A stretch of DNA of 64,000 bases from an uncultured Chloroflexia bacterium (GTDB lineage Bacteria > Chloroflexota > Limnocylindria > Limnocylindrales > CSP1-4), in the NCBI GenBank assembly GCA_963763775.1, contig CAVXPZ010000004.1:288001-352000 (forward strand), in the 5' to 3' direction. Positions 10,762-21,244 of the stretch are shown here, piece by piece. Under the pieces are notes generated by a model. The model was not told where the DNA came from. It worked only from the letters and a program-made list of their open reading frames with translations, and made no database searches. The translations under genes were made by a program, and so were the position numbers. How positions within the stretch are numbered: the stretch's first letter is position 1; every line of letters starts with the position of its first letter.

Positions 10762-11424
10762 TTGTCGAGTCGTCGATCGGTCATCGCCGCGCTGGTCGTC
10801 GTCCTGGTCGTCGCGATGGTCGCCGCGTGCGACCCGGCCACGCCGTCACCTTCTCCGTCGTCGAGCGCCGGCCAGGCCGTCGCGCCATCCGCGGATACGG
10901 CCTCGGCGTCGGCCACGGCCGAGAGCAGCGAAACCGCCGCGCCGACCCCCACGCCGACGCCGGCCGGCCCGACGCCGGTCCCGACGCCCGCGCCGTGGCT
11001 CGGCTACACATCGGCACGCAACAAGTACGCCGTGTCGTATCCGCCCGATTGGATCGTCACGCCGGGGACGGCCAAGTACGCGGACCAGATCGACGACGGG
11101 GCGGCGCACTACGTCTACGTCTCACGCGACACGGTGAAGGGCACCGCGTCGCTGGCGCTGACGGTGACGCACGCCATCGCGACGATCAAGAAGCGCTACC
11201 AGGCCAAACTCGTCTCGAGCGTGAAGGCTCGCCAGGGCGGGTACCCGGGCCGGCTGCTGACGTTCACCGGCACGGACAACGGGCGGGACGTCTACATCCA
11301 GGAGCTGATCCTGGCGAAGGGCAAGGTGGCGTACTTCGTCGACATGTTCAGCGACACCGGTAACGCGAAGGCCGACAACGCGCTGTTCAAGACGATCTAC
11401 AAGACGTTCAAGCCCAAGGGCTGA
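10762..11424 (+). CDS. Putative lipoprotein (PsbP/DcrB-like fold)
   Basis: AGGAGG RBS plus TTG; signal peptide ending VAAC; Pro/Ser/Thr linker; YAVSYPPDW domain. Confidence 0.7.
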   Translation: MSSRRSVIAALVVVLVVAMVAACDPATPSPSPSSSAGQAVAPSADTASASATAESSETAAPTPTPTPAGPTPVPTPAPWLGYTSARNKYAVSYPPDWIVTPGTAKYADQIDDGAAHYVYVSRDTVKGTASLALTVTHAIATIKKRYQAKLVSSVKARQGGYPGRLLTFTGTDNGRDVYIQELILAKGKVAYFVDMFSDTGNAKADNALFKTIYKTFKPKG

Positions 11425-11458
11425 CGGGGCGGGCGAGGCGCCGTCCCACGACGATGCG

Positions 11459-12800
11459 TCAGTCGGCGTGGCCGATGCGCACGTGTTCGATGCCGTCGCG
11501 GAGGGTCGCGACCGCGGCGAGGGCCCAGGATCGGGCCGCACCCTCCATCCCGCCTCGATCGTCCGGGTCCAGCCCCGTGAGGATGCGGCGATACGACTCC
11601 ACCTGGTACAGCGCCCCGACGACGAGGGCGAGGTCGCCGGCTTCCACCAGCTCGGCGGGCGCCAGGACGTCCGCCCATGCCTCGAGGTAGGCGTCGCGGA
11701 GCGCTCGTCGCGCGGCGATGTCCTTCGTCCGCGTGACGTACACGGCGAGGTCCAGGAACGGGTGGGCGACCGCGGCGTCGGACCAGTCGAAGAGCAGCGG
11801 GCCGTCCGGCGTGACCGCCACGTTCCACGGGTGGAGGTCACCGTGCAGGATCGTCGCCGGCGGGCCGATCTCGGCCAGGCGCGAGACAGGCCGCCGTGAG
11901 CGCGGGGAGCGCGGCGTCCCACTCGGCCCGCTCGGCCTCTCTGAGCTCACTCAGGAGCGGCTCGGTCGAGGCGAGGGTCGGGAGGATCGCCGCGAGGCCG
12001 TCGAGCGTCCGCACCTCGGCCCCGGCACGGACGAGCGCGTCCGTCCGCCCGCTCCACTCGCGCTGGAGACGCGCGTAGACCTGCAGCCCCGGCGCCCACG
12101 CCTCGGGTGGTTCGTCGCCGATCACGTGCGAGCCGTGGTCGCGCATCAGCAGCCAGCCCTCCGTCGGCTCGACGGCGATCACGCGGGTGACCGATCCCGG
12201 GGTGGCCGCCGCGAGGCAGGCGGTGATCGCGGCTTCATGGGGAAAGACCCTCGGGGTGGCCTTCAGGTAGACGTCACCGGAGGCGGTCGGGGCGCGAAGC
12301 ACCATCGAGATGCCCCACGTGTAGGCGACCTCCCACGGGCCGGCCGCCGGCATCCCGGCGGCCGCCAGGCGTTGGACTGCCCAGGCCGTCACCCGTGCGA
12401 ACCAGCCGGGATGCGCCCACGCCGGATCGTCGGGCGTCGGGCCGTTGACGCGCCGCTGGATCCATCGGGGGAGGATCGTCCGAAGCTCGACCGGCTCGAG
12501 CGCCTCCACGGGCAGGGCGAGGCGATCGGTCCACGCGAGACCGACCGGAGCTTCGGGCCCGATGGTCTCGAGATCCACCACCACGAGGGTCGCCTCACCG
12601 GTCGAGTCCGTTCGTGCATAGCCGACGCGGAGCACGGGAGGCACCGATCCCAACAGGTCGCCGATCGCCGCGAGTGCCGCCGGCAGCTGGAACTCGCCGT
12701 CCACCACGGTCGTGGGGAGCGACGCCAGATCGTCCGCCCTCGTCAGGAGGTCCGGTCGCTCGGGATGCGGGACGAGGACGACGATCTCACACCGTGGCAT
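11459..12800 (-). CDS. Aminoglycoside phosphotransferase (APH)-family kinase, frameshift near 11880
   Basis: VYLKAT...HEAAIT; TILHGDLHPWNV...LFDWSDA. Confidence 0.85.
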
Positions 12801-12858
12801 CGGCGCATGGTACCGGCGCCCTGTGCGACCCCGTGCGTCTCGTCGGTCGGATGCCCGG

Positions 12859-14351
12859 CTACGAGGCGGGAGGAGCCGGCGGGGTCGGCGGGGTGAAGGT
12901 CGAGGCGCTGGGCCATGAGGTCGGCGACCTGCGTCTGGCCGTCGTAGGCCGCGTCGCCGGCCGTGCCGCTCGTCTGGATGGTCAGGGTGCCGCCGTCGCC
13001 GTAGTCGATGATGTACGAGTAGAGGGTGGTCCCGACCGGCGTCCCGCTCTCGGCCGCGGTCGAGGTCGCCTCGACGAGCGTGGCCTGGAGACCGGACACC
13101 GTCGCCTCGACGGTCTGCACGACGTCCCAGTTCGCGGGGTCCGTGGCGGCGGCGACCGCGTCGTCGTACGAGGCGACGTCCGGCTTCACGGTGATCGCCG
13201 ACGTCCGGGCTCGCTGCCATCGGACGGCACGGTGATGGGGTTCGGGTCGAAGTATCGGCAGGCGGCGGCCGGCGGCTCCGACACGGTGTGCCACGAGGAC
13301 GGGTAGACGATCGACGCGAGCTGCGCGCCGCTCGGGCTGCTGACCGTGCAGCTGGATGCCGGCGGCGTGGACGGCAGCGGCGGCAGGGTCGGTGCCGGCG
13401 TGGGCTTCGGCGTCGGGGTCGGCGTGGGCTTGGGCGTCGGCGCCGGGGTGTCGGTCGGCTTCGGCGTGGCGCTCCCTGAGGGCTTGGCCGACGGACTCGC
13501 CGTGGGCTTCGGCGTCGGGGTCGGGGTGGGCTTCGCCGTCGGCTCGGCCGACGGGACCGGCGGGACGGAGGCCTCCGCCTCGGCCCGCGGCCTGGTCATC
13601 GCGACGATGACCTCGTCGTTCCGGTCACGCAGCACCACGGCGAGCCCGCGCGCCTCGATGAAGGCGGCGCCCTCGAGCGCCTGGAGAAAGGCGGACTCCT
13701 GGGTCATCACGTCGTCGGCGCACGTCTGGCGCGTCGTCGCGAGCCGGCTGATCTTCACGATCGTGCCGTTGGTCCCATAGATGCCGTCATACGTGTTGCA
13801 GCCGCTCGAGCCGCCGACGTTCGTGATCCCGAAGACGGCCGTCAGCTCGGTGCCACTGATCGGGATCGTCTGGGAACCCGGCGTCGTCGCGAACGAGTCG
13901 ACGTTCCACTTCCCGAGCAGCGGGTTCTGTGGCGCGGCGTCGAAGACGAGCAGGACCTGGGCGCCGGCGCCGAAGATCGTGAGCACACCGTCACGGATGC
14001 CGAAGAAGCGGCTCTCGTGGAGCGTCGTCAGATAGGTCGACTCGAACGTCATCGAGATGTCGTCGCAGGCCTTCTGCGTGGCGTGGACCTGCGAGATCAG
14101 CAGGGTCCGGCCGCTGGCGCGAGCGAGCGCGCCGTAGTCATTGCAGCCGGCGAACCCGTCGACGCGATCGCCCGGTGAACTTGGCGTCCGCGTACAGCGC
14201 CTCGGGCACGATCTCGAGCGTCCCGCCGTTGGCGTACGACCGCAGGACCCAGTTCGTCCCCTGCGAGCTCGCCGCCGGATCCGGCGCCGGGCGAACACGC
14301 CACGACGCCGAGGGCGAGACCGATCAGGACCGCGAGCCACCGGATCCGCAT
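12859..14351 (-). CDS. META (HslJ) domain lipoprotein with Pro/Thr linker (frameshifted)
   Basis: Lipobox GVVAC; two META repeats (GFAGCNDY, GSSGCNTY..TTRQTC..QESAFL); PTPTPKP linker. Confidence 0.8.
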
Positions 14352-14352
14352 G

Positions 14353-14616
14353 TCAGGCGGACTTGCTGCCGACGTACAGGGCGAACAGCCGGAGGGCGTA
14401 GCCGAAGCCGGCGACGACGAACGAGAGGAAGATCGGCACGCCGATCGCGCCCGCCGAGATCGCGAAGGCTTCGAAGAGGTTGAACGCCGGGCGCTGGGCC
14501 AGGTCGATCCACCAGAGGACGCCCGCGACCAGCGAGTAGATCACGAAGATCCATCCGACATACACGAAGAACGTCCCGATGGACGCCAGGCGGCGGACAT
14601 CGTTCATGAGGTCCAT
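14353..14616 (-). CDS. Small membrane protein (87 aa)
   Basis: GGAGGA RBS; two hydrophobic helices. Confidence 0.7.
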   Translation of the reverse strand: MDLMNDVRRLASIGTFFVYVGWIFVIYSLVAGVLWWIDLAQRPAFNLFEAFAISAGAIGVPIFLSFVVAGFGYALRLFALYVGSKSA

Positions 14617-14709
14617 GGGGATCCTCCTGCGGCAAGCGGTGTGAGACCCATCGAACCACGGGGCGTCAATGCCCCCATCACCCGGACGGGATGAAATCGC
14701 CCGTCCGGC

Positions 14710-16497
14710 CTAGCGGAGGACCTGGTAGACCACCTTCACGCGGACCTTGTAGACGTAGTAGACGCCGCCGGCCGCCGACACCACGCCGCGGACCACGCGA
14801 CCGCTGCGGTTGGCCGTGATGCTGCCACCCGTGCTGTACCACTTCGTCCCGCTGCCGCCGATCGTTCTGACGCGGTCGAAGCAGCCGAGGTCCCAGGAGT
14901 GCGCGACGTAGGCGCACCACGCGAAGTCCTGCATCCCGATGGCGCTCGACGGAGCCGTCTTCGGGCCCTTCGCGTAGACCTGGAAGGAGAGGGACTTGTA
15001 CCGCGTCGCGCTCGGGATCGAGAACTGATACCCGACGTTCTTGATGACGGACCGCGCGTCCAGCTTGGCGTACCCCGACTTCGACACAAGGATGGGGCTG
15101 CTTTGTGCTGAGATCGACCGGCCCGCCTTCGTGACGTAGGTCGTCTTGGTCACGAGCTTCTTCTGGCTCAGCGTCGTGTACTTGGTCACGACGAGCGTGT
15201 TGCCCGAGCCGTCGTGCAGGGTCTGGACGACCTTGTAGCGACCCGACGCGAGCATCGTGCCCGCCGAGTTGCGGCCGGACCAGCCGTAGCTGTAGGCGCC
15301 GCTGCCCAGCGCGATCGACGTCGACAGCACGCGCTTGTTGCTCGAGTTGTACGCGCGGATGACGACGCTGATGGGCTCGTTGCGCATCCCGCCGATCAGC
15401 ACCTTGTCCCGGTAGCCGTCCTTCGCCGGGTAGAAGGTCGTCACGTCGATCGACACGCCGGTGGCGTCCACGGCGGTGTCCGGGACATCGGTCACGTCGA
15501 TGACGACCTGGGTGCTCGTCGAGGTCAGCACGCCGGCATTCCCCGAGTAGACGGCCTCGTAGGTGTATGACCCGGTGGCCAGGCCGCTGCCGAGGTCGCA
15601 GGTCGTCCCGGACGTATCGACGGGGACGTCCTGGCAGTCCGGACCGCCGCCGGCCACGGCATTGAAGTCGATGGTGGCGCCGGCGTCGTAACCGGCCGGC
15701 GCCGTGACGTCCGCGGTGAGGACCGCGTCGCTCCCGACCACGATCGTGCCGGGTCCGCTGAGGGACACCGATGACGGCTGGGGATCGTCCGGCACCGCCA
15801 CGATGTCGAACGAGAACGGGTCGCTGACCGAGCTGACGGCGGCGTCGTTGCCGGAGTAGGTCGCCGTATAGGTGTACGGGCCGACCGCCAGGCCGCTCCC
15901 GAGGTCGCACAGGGTGCCGGACGTGTCCACGTCGACGTCCGTGCAGTCCGGTCCCCCGCCGGCGGTCGCGTGGAAGGTGATCTTCGCCCCGACCTGGTAG
16001 CCGGCGTTCGCGACGACATCCGCCGTCAGCGTCACGTCATCGCCGGCGAAGGCCGAGGACGGGCCGGTGATCGTCGTCGATGAGGGACCGGGCGTCGGCG
16101 GGGGCGGTGCCACGGCGACGACGTCGAAGGTCAGCGGATCGCTCGGCGGCGACGGATCGGCGATCGAGTTGCCGGAGTACGTCGCCTCGAAGGTATACGA
16201 GCCGACCGCGAGGCTGGAGCCGAGGTGGCAGACCGTCCCCGAGGTGTCCACGGCGGCCGTGCAATCGGGCATGGCGTCCGAGGTCTCGTGGAACGTGACG
16301 ATCGCGCCCTCGGTGTCGTAGCCGGGGTCGGCCGTGATCGTCGCCGTCAGCTGGACGTCCGTGCCTTCATCGACATCGGCGACCGGACCGGCGAGCGTGA
16401 CGGACGACGGCGTCCCGGCGAACGCGACGGAGGCGGGGAGCAGGCTCGCGAGCAACACGAGCGTGACGAGGCCGGCGGTGATCCTGGCGCGACGCAC
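14710..16497 (-). CDS. Secreted Ig-like repeat protein with FlgD-Ig-like C-terminal region
   Basis: Signal peptide; three Big-like repeats (C...VDTSGT.C.LGS.LA.G.YT..A.YSGN); FYPAKDG...WSGRNSAG...GRYKV. Confidence 0.8.
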   Translation of the reverse strand: MRRARITAGLVTLVLLASLLPASVAFAGTPSSVTLAGPVADVDEGTDVQLTATITADPGYDTEGAIVTFHETSDAMPDCTAAVDTSGTVCHLGSSLAVGSYTFEATYSGNSIADPSPPSDPLTFDVVAVAPPPPTPGPSSTTITGPSSAFAGDDVTLTADVVANAGYQVGAKITFHATAGGGPDCTDVDVDTSGTLCDLGSGLAVGPYTYTATYSGNDAAVSSVSDPFSFDIVAVPDDPQPSSVSLSGPGTIVVGSDAVLTADVTAPAGYDAGATIDFNAVAGGGPDCQDVPVDTSGTTCDLGSGLATGSYTYEAVYSGNAGVLTSTSTQVVIDVTDVPDTAVDATGVSIDVTTFYPAKDGYRDKVLIGGMRNEPISVVIRAYNSSNKRVLSTSIALGSGAYSYGWSGRNSAGTMLASGRYKVVQTLHDGSGNTLVVTKYTTLSQKKLVTKTTYVTKAGRSISAQSSPILVSKSGYAKLDARSVIKNVGYQFSIPSATRYKSLSFQVYAKGPKTAPSSAIGMQDFAWCAYVAHSWDLGCFDRVRTIGGSGTKWYSTGGSITANRSGRVVRGVVSAAGGVYYVYKVRVKVVYQVLR

Positions 16498-16633
16498 GAA
16501 TCCCTCGATTCAGGTTGGGCCGACACGCCCGGTCGTCCGAGCCCCCGGAGCCTATCGTCGGGACGACGCCGCCACAATCGAGACGAACGGGTCATCCGCG
16601 GCAGTACCCCTTGCGTCGACGCACCGGGCCGCG

Positions 16634-17515
16634 CTAGGGCGACGCCCACATCCCGAGGCCCTCGTCGCGGGCCTGCGCCTGCGCGGCGACCAGGTCGTCG
16701 ACGTATCGCACGTCCGGCGGGAACGTCGTCACGTTCGCGAGCCCGTCGCGGACCAGCTCGAGCCCGACGAGGACGAGGTGGCCGTCGCGCTCGACCCATA
16801 CGTCGCGCAACAGCCGCCCGAACCGGTCGGTGTCGGAGACGTCCTTCTCCAGTGTCACCGCCTTCCCGTCGACGAGGCGGCGATTCGCGGCGGCGGCCTC
16901 CTCTGCGAAGGGCTGGACCGGCGTGTCGGGCTTGACCGACTCCGGCGTGTCCATGCCGATGTACCGCAGCCGATAGGACTTGCCCCGGATCTCGACGATG
17001 ACGGTGTCGCCGTCGACGACGCGGGTGATCGTGGCGGCAGTGGTCGGGCCGGTCGGCCGGTCGGGCCGGTCGGCCCGGTCGGCCCGGTCGGCGGGTGCGA
17101 GCTGGCCGCGTCCGATGTGCGTCGCGGCGGACGTCGCGGACACGGCTCCGGGGTCGGTCTCGGCCGGTCTCGCGGGGGTCGTCGTGGGGGCGGCCGCTCC
17201 GGCGCCGCGACCGCCCAGGAGGGCCAGGGCCAGCAACCCGACGATGACCACGGCGGCCACGGCGATGACCCGGACGACCCACGGGCCCTGCACCGGGCGA
17301 CGCGGGCCAGGATCGCCGGCGTCCTGGTGGCGGTCGCCGACGGCGCGAAGTCCGGGCGTCACGTCACCGGGATCGACGACCCGCGGCTCCGGATGGTCGC
17401 CTTCGCCGAGCGGCGTCGTCCGCCAGCGATCCCCGACGTAGAACCCGCACGACCAGCAGTAGTCGGGCTGATCGTGCAGCGGGACGCCACATCGAGGACA
17501 GACCGGGTCCGGCAC
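16634..17515 (-). CDS. Thermonuclease (SNase) family protein with N-terminal zinc ribbon and TM helix
   Basis: RVVDGDT, RYIGMDTPE, DRFGRLLRDV, GLGMW; N-terminal CPRC...CWSC. Confidence 0.9.
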   Translation of the reverse strand: MPDPVCPRCGVPLHDQPDYCWSCGFYVGDRWRTTPLGEGDHPEPRVVDPGDVTPGLRAVGDRHQDAGDPGPRRPVQGPWVVRVIAVAAVVIVGLLALALLGGRGAGAAAPTTTPARPAETDPGAVSATSAATHIGRGQLAPADRADRADRPDRPTGPTTAATITRVVDGDTVIVEIRGKSYRLRYIGMDTPESVKPDTPVQPFAEEAAAANRRLVDGKAVTLEKDVSDTDRFGRLLRDVWVERDGHLVLVGLELVRDGLANVTTFPPDVRYVDDLVAAQAQARDEGLGMWASP

Positions 17516-17602
17516 GCGGGCAGCCTAGCAGGGGGTCATCGACCGAGGGTCCCGCCCCCGGGCGGGCACGCAACGGTGTCCTCGCCAAGGCGTCGGCGGA
17601 GG

Positions 17603-18835
17603 CTAGGGGCCGGTCGCCCCCTGCAGCGAGAAGGACCAGTCCGAGCAGGTCGACGTGATCGTCAATACCGCCTCGGTGAAGCCGATCCGTTCGGTGCGCT
17701 GCCCGGAGCGCTGCTCGCTCGGCTTGACGGTGATCGTGCCGCTCAGGGGATCCCCGCTGGCCGGCTCGAGGCGCCAGTCCAGCGCACACCCACGGGTCAC
17801 CGTCGACCCGAGCTCCCAGTGCACGACGACCTGCGGGTCACCGAAACCCACGGATCGCCAGCTGTAGATGCCGGCGGCGCCGCGCAGGGTCGTGGGGGCG
17901 GAGCCGTAGACCGTCACCGGGTCGATGCCGACCAGCCGCGGGAGCGCGGTCCCGGCGGGTGCGGGCGTGGCGCCCGTCACCGGCAGCGGCGGCGCGCTCC
18001 AGATCCCGAGGGCGCCGGTCTGCGCCGTCTGCTGGGCGGCGGCGAGCCGTGCCTGGTACTTGAGGTCCGGGGCGACGGCGTCGACCCGGGCGAGACCTTG
18101 CCCGACCAGCTGCAGCCCGACCAGCGTCATCACGCCGTCCTGCTCGACCCAGACGTCGCGGAGGAGCTGGCCGTGGGCATCGGTGTCGGTCTGCTCCCGC
18201 TCGAGGACCACGTTCGCGCTGCTCACGAGTCGGCGGTTCGCGTCGGCCGCCTCACGGCCCATGAACTCCACCGGCTGGTCGACGCTCACCGACGCCGGCG
18301 CATCGATGCCGAGGTACCGGACACGATATTCCGTGCCCTCGACCGAGACGATGATCGTGTCGCCGTCGACGACCCGCGTGACGGTGGCCTTCGTCGTCGG
18401 ACCCGTCGGGGCGAAGATCGGCGTGGCGGTCGGCGAGGCGCTCGGGAGGACGGCCGCCGGCACGATCGCGCCAGCCTCCGCCGCGGCGGACGGCGCCGAC
18501 GAGCCCGACCCGGTCACGGCGGTCGTGACGCCGTTGCCGGCACCGAGCGCCAGAAGCCCGACCACGGCGATGCCGAGAACGGCGGCGGCCCCGATGGGGA
18601 TGTACCGGCGCCACCTGCGGCTGTCCGCCCGGCCCGCTTGGCGCGCGGTGCCGGCCGCCCGCGTCGCCGACGGGGAGGCGCCAGGATCGACCGTCGATCG
18701 AGCATACGGCCCGAGCGGCAGCTCGCCGCGGGCGTCGAGCTCGTCGTAGTCGAGCCCGCACGCGAGGCAGTACCGGAAAAGGGCGACTCTGTGTGTCCCG
18801 CAATCGGGGCAGAACTCGTCGAGCAATGCGACCAA
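17603..18835 (-). CDS. Second thermonuclease family protein with N-terminal zinc ribbon, TM helix and C-terminal extension
   Basis: RVVDGDT, RYLGIDAPA, DAHGQLLRDV, GIW; N-terminal CPDC...CLAC. Start codon uncertain. Confidence 0.85.
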   Translation of the reverse strand: MVALLDEFCPDCGTHRVALFRYCLACGLDYDELDARGELPLGPYARSTVDPGASPSATRAAGTARQAGRADSRRWRRYIPIGAAAVLGIAVVGLLALGAGNGVTTAVTGSGSSAPSAAAEAGAIVPAAVLPSASPTATPIFAPTGPTTKATVTRVVDGDTIIVSVEGTEYRVRYLGIDAPASVSVDQPVEFMGREAADANRRLVSSANVVLEREQTDTDAHGQLLRDVWVEQDGVMTLVGLQLVGQGLARVDAVAPDLKYQARLAAAQQTAQTGALGIWSAPPLPVTGATPAPAGTALPRLVGIDPVTVYGSAPTTLRGAAGIYSWRSVGFGDPQVVVHWELGSTVTRGCALDWRLEPASGDPLSGTITVKPSEQRSGQRTERIGFTEAVLTITSTCSDWSFSLQGATGP

Positions 18836-19047
18836 CCTTGCCGGTCCGACCCTGCCCGTGTGGCCGCGTACGCGCGCGACCCCTCCTGACCGGGCGGGCC
18901 AGCCGGATTCACGACTCTACCGCTCCCCAGACCATGGTCAATCTGGCGGGGCGGACCGGGACGATATTCTGGTGCGCCGCGACAACCCACGCAAGGGCCA
19001 CGCAGACCGCCGTCAACAGGCCGATCGCCAACGAGGTGCACGCCGTC

Positions 19048-19422
19048 ATGAGTTACCTGGTCGACTTCGATGAACTGCCCCGGATCGACGTGTGGGGCGA
19101 GACGGTCCGGGCCAGGGCGGTCGATGGCGCGAGGTGTTCGCTGGCCCTCGTGGAGCTCGCCCCGGGCGCGCTCGTACCCGAGCACCGCCACCACAACGAG
19201 CAGATGGGCACCGTGCTCCTCGGCAGCATCACCTTCACGGTCGACGACGAGACGCGGACGCTGACCCGAGGCGGGACGTGGCGGATCCCCTCGGACCATC
19301 CGCACCATGCGGTCGCCGGCCCCGACGGCGCCCTCGTCATCGACATCTTCTCGCCCACTCGCGATGACTGGGACACGCTCCCGCATGGCGATCCGCACCC
19401 CGTCCCGTGGCCCGACCGGTGA
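19048..19422 (+). CDS. Cupin domain protein
   Basis: VPEHRHHNEQ...IPSDHPH...DIFSPTRDDW. Confidence 0.88.
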   Translation: MSYLVDFDELPRIDVWGETVRARAVDGARCSLALVELAPGALVPEHRHHNEQMGTVLLGSITFTVDDETRTLTRGGTWRIPSDHPHHAVAGPDGALVIDIFSPTRDDWDTLPHGDPHPVPWPDR

Positions 19423-19534
19423 GGTCGCGAGGCCGAATCGTCGACCCGTGGCAGACTGACACCGCACGACGGCGTCGACCGGTCGTCAACGGAGGGTGTC
19501 GGTGGGCGAACAGGGAACCCAGTCGGACGGAGAT

Positions 19535-20422
19535 ATGACGACCGACGACGGTCCGGCGGTCGATCCCGCCGAAGGCTACGTGCCGGGCCTGACGCCGGAC
19601 CCGACCTCCACCCGGAAGGCGTCGGCGCCGCGCCCACCGACCACGCGCACCCCCACGCCGCGCATGCCCGGGTCGACGCCGCCCCGCAGCGCGGGGTACT
19701 GGCCAGCGGTCGCGATCATCGCGATCGTGGTCGCAACGGCGGGCTGGACGACGGTCGCCGTGATGGCCCTCAACAACAACGACAACGGCGGGAGCGCGGC
19801 CGCACTGGAGACGCCTGCCGCGTCGGACGCCGTCGTGGACCCGAACGCGAGTGATGACCCCGGGACGGACTTCAGCGACGCGCCGGTCGATGACAGCCAC
19901 GACGCGCCGGATCTCGAAGCGCTGCTCCCGACCGCGATCGGCGACACCGCGCTCAGCCTCCAGAGCTGGACCGGCGATTCGCTCCTCACCGCGGGCGACC
20001 CGTGGAGTGATTCCGTCACGGCATTCCTGACGACGGTCGGCAAGACCCCGGCCGACCTGAGCGCCGCCCAGGCGTTCGATGCCACGGAGGCCACGGACCA
20101 CAGCGTCGGCGTCTTCCGCCTCGATGGCGTTCCGACCAAGGCCCTCCGAGACGCGATGATCGCGGCCTGGAAGGAGAGCTACCCGGACCTCAAGGTCTCC
20201 ACGATCAAGCTCGACGGCACCGAGGTCACGAAGGGCGACTTCGGGCAGGACGCGATCGACAGCTACTGGTACGAGAAGGACGGGCTCGTCTACGACATCG
20301 AGACCTCGGACGAGAAGGTCGCGACGACGCTGGTCACCGGCATCCGGGACGGCACGCTCCCCACCGGGACCCCGGCCGCGGCCGGCTCCGAAGCGCCGTC
20401 CGAGTCGCCCGCGCCGAGCTGA
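19535..20422 (+). CDS. Hypothetical single-TM protein
   Basis: Pro-rich N-terminus, TM helix, acidic extracellular domain; codon pattern typical of the genome. Confidence 0.7.
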   Translation: MTTDDGPAVDPAEGYVPGLTPDPTSTRKASAPRPPTTRTPTPRMPGSTPPRSAGYWPAVAIIAIVVATAGWTTVAVMALNNNDNGGSAAALETPAASDAVVDPNASDDPGTDFSDAPVDDSHDAPDLEALLPTAIGDTALSLQSWTGDSLLTAGDPWSDSVTAFLTTVGKTPADLSAAQAFDATEATDHSVGVFRLDGVPTKALRDAMIAAWKESYPDLKVSTIKLDGTEVTKGDFGQDAIDSYWYEKDGLVYDIETSDEKVATTLVTGIRDGTLPTGTPAAAGSEAPSESPAPS

Positions 20423-20425
20423 GGC

Positions 20426-21244
20426 GTGCCGGAGACCTACACGCACGGGCATCACGAGAGCGTCCTTCGGTCGCATCGCTGGCGGACGGCCGAGAACTCG
20501 GCCGCGTATCTGCTGCCGCGACTGGCGCCGGGCCAGTCGCTCCTCGACGTCGGATGCGGTCCGGGCACGATCACGATCGACCTCGCGCGGCGGGTCGCCC
20601 CGGGTCGGGTCATCGGCATCGACGCGGTCGACGAGCCGCTGATCGCCGCCCGGGCCGATGCGGCGGCGGCCGGACTCGACACGGTCGCCTTCGAGGTCGG
20701 TGACGCGTACGCGCTCGCGTTCGAGGCCGAGCGGTTCGACGTCGTGCACGCGCACCAGGTGCTCCAGCATCTCGGCGACCCGGTCGCCGCGCTCCGCGAG
20801 ATGGGTCGCGTCTGCCGGGTCGACGGGGTCGTCGCGGCGCGCGACAGCGACTACGCGGCGATGACGTGGTTCCCGGCCCATCCGGGACTCGACCGATGGC
20901 TGGCCCTCTATCAGGCCGTTGCCAGGCAGAACGGCGGCGAGCCGGATGCTGGCCGCCGCCTCCTGTCGTGGGCGCAGGCCGCCGGGTTCTCCGAGATCGC
21001 GCCGTCCGCGAGCGTCTGGTGCTTCGCGACGCCCGAGGATCGGGCGTGGTGGGGGGGCCTGTGGGCCGATCGGGTCACCCGCTCCGCGTTCGCCGACCAG
21101 GCGGTCGCGGCGGGACTCGCCGACGCCACGGGACTCGGGCAGATCGCCGATGCGTGGCGGGCATGGTCCGCGGAGCCGGACGGGTGGTTCATCGTCCCGT
21201 GCGGAGAGGTGCTCTGCCGCCGACCTCGTATCCTGTCGGCGTGA
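20426..21244 (+). CDS. Class I SAM-dependent methyltransferase
   Basis: LLDVGCGPGTIT, FDVVHAHQVLQHL. Confidence 0.92.
   Translation: MPETYTHGHHESVLRSHRWRTAENSAAYLLPRLAPGQSLLDVGCGPGTITIDLARRVAPGRVIGIDAVDEPLIAARADAAAAGLDTVAFEVGDAYALAFEAERFDVVHAHQVLQHLGDPVAALREMGRVCRVDGVVAARDSDYAAMTWFPAHPGLDRWLALYQAVARQNGGEPDAGRRLLSWAQAAGFSEIAPSASVWCFATPEDRAWWGGLWADRVTRSAFADQAVAAGLADATGLGQIADAWRAWSAEPDGWFIVPCGEVLCRRPRILSA

Noticed and set aside
17045-17092. Tandem 9-bp CCGGTCGG(C/G) repeats; also an 18-bp duplication at about 24249-24287 and PTPKPT repeats at about 13390-13540
   Set aside because: In-frame low-complexity linkers inside coding sequences.
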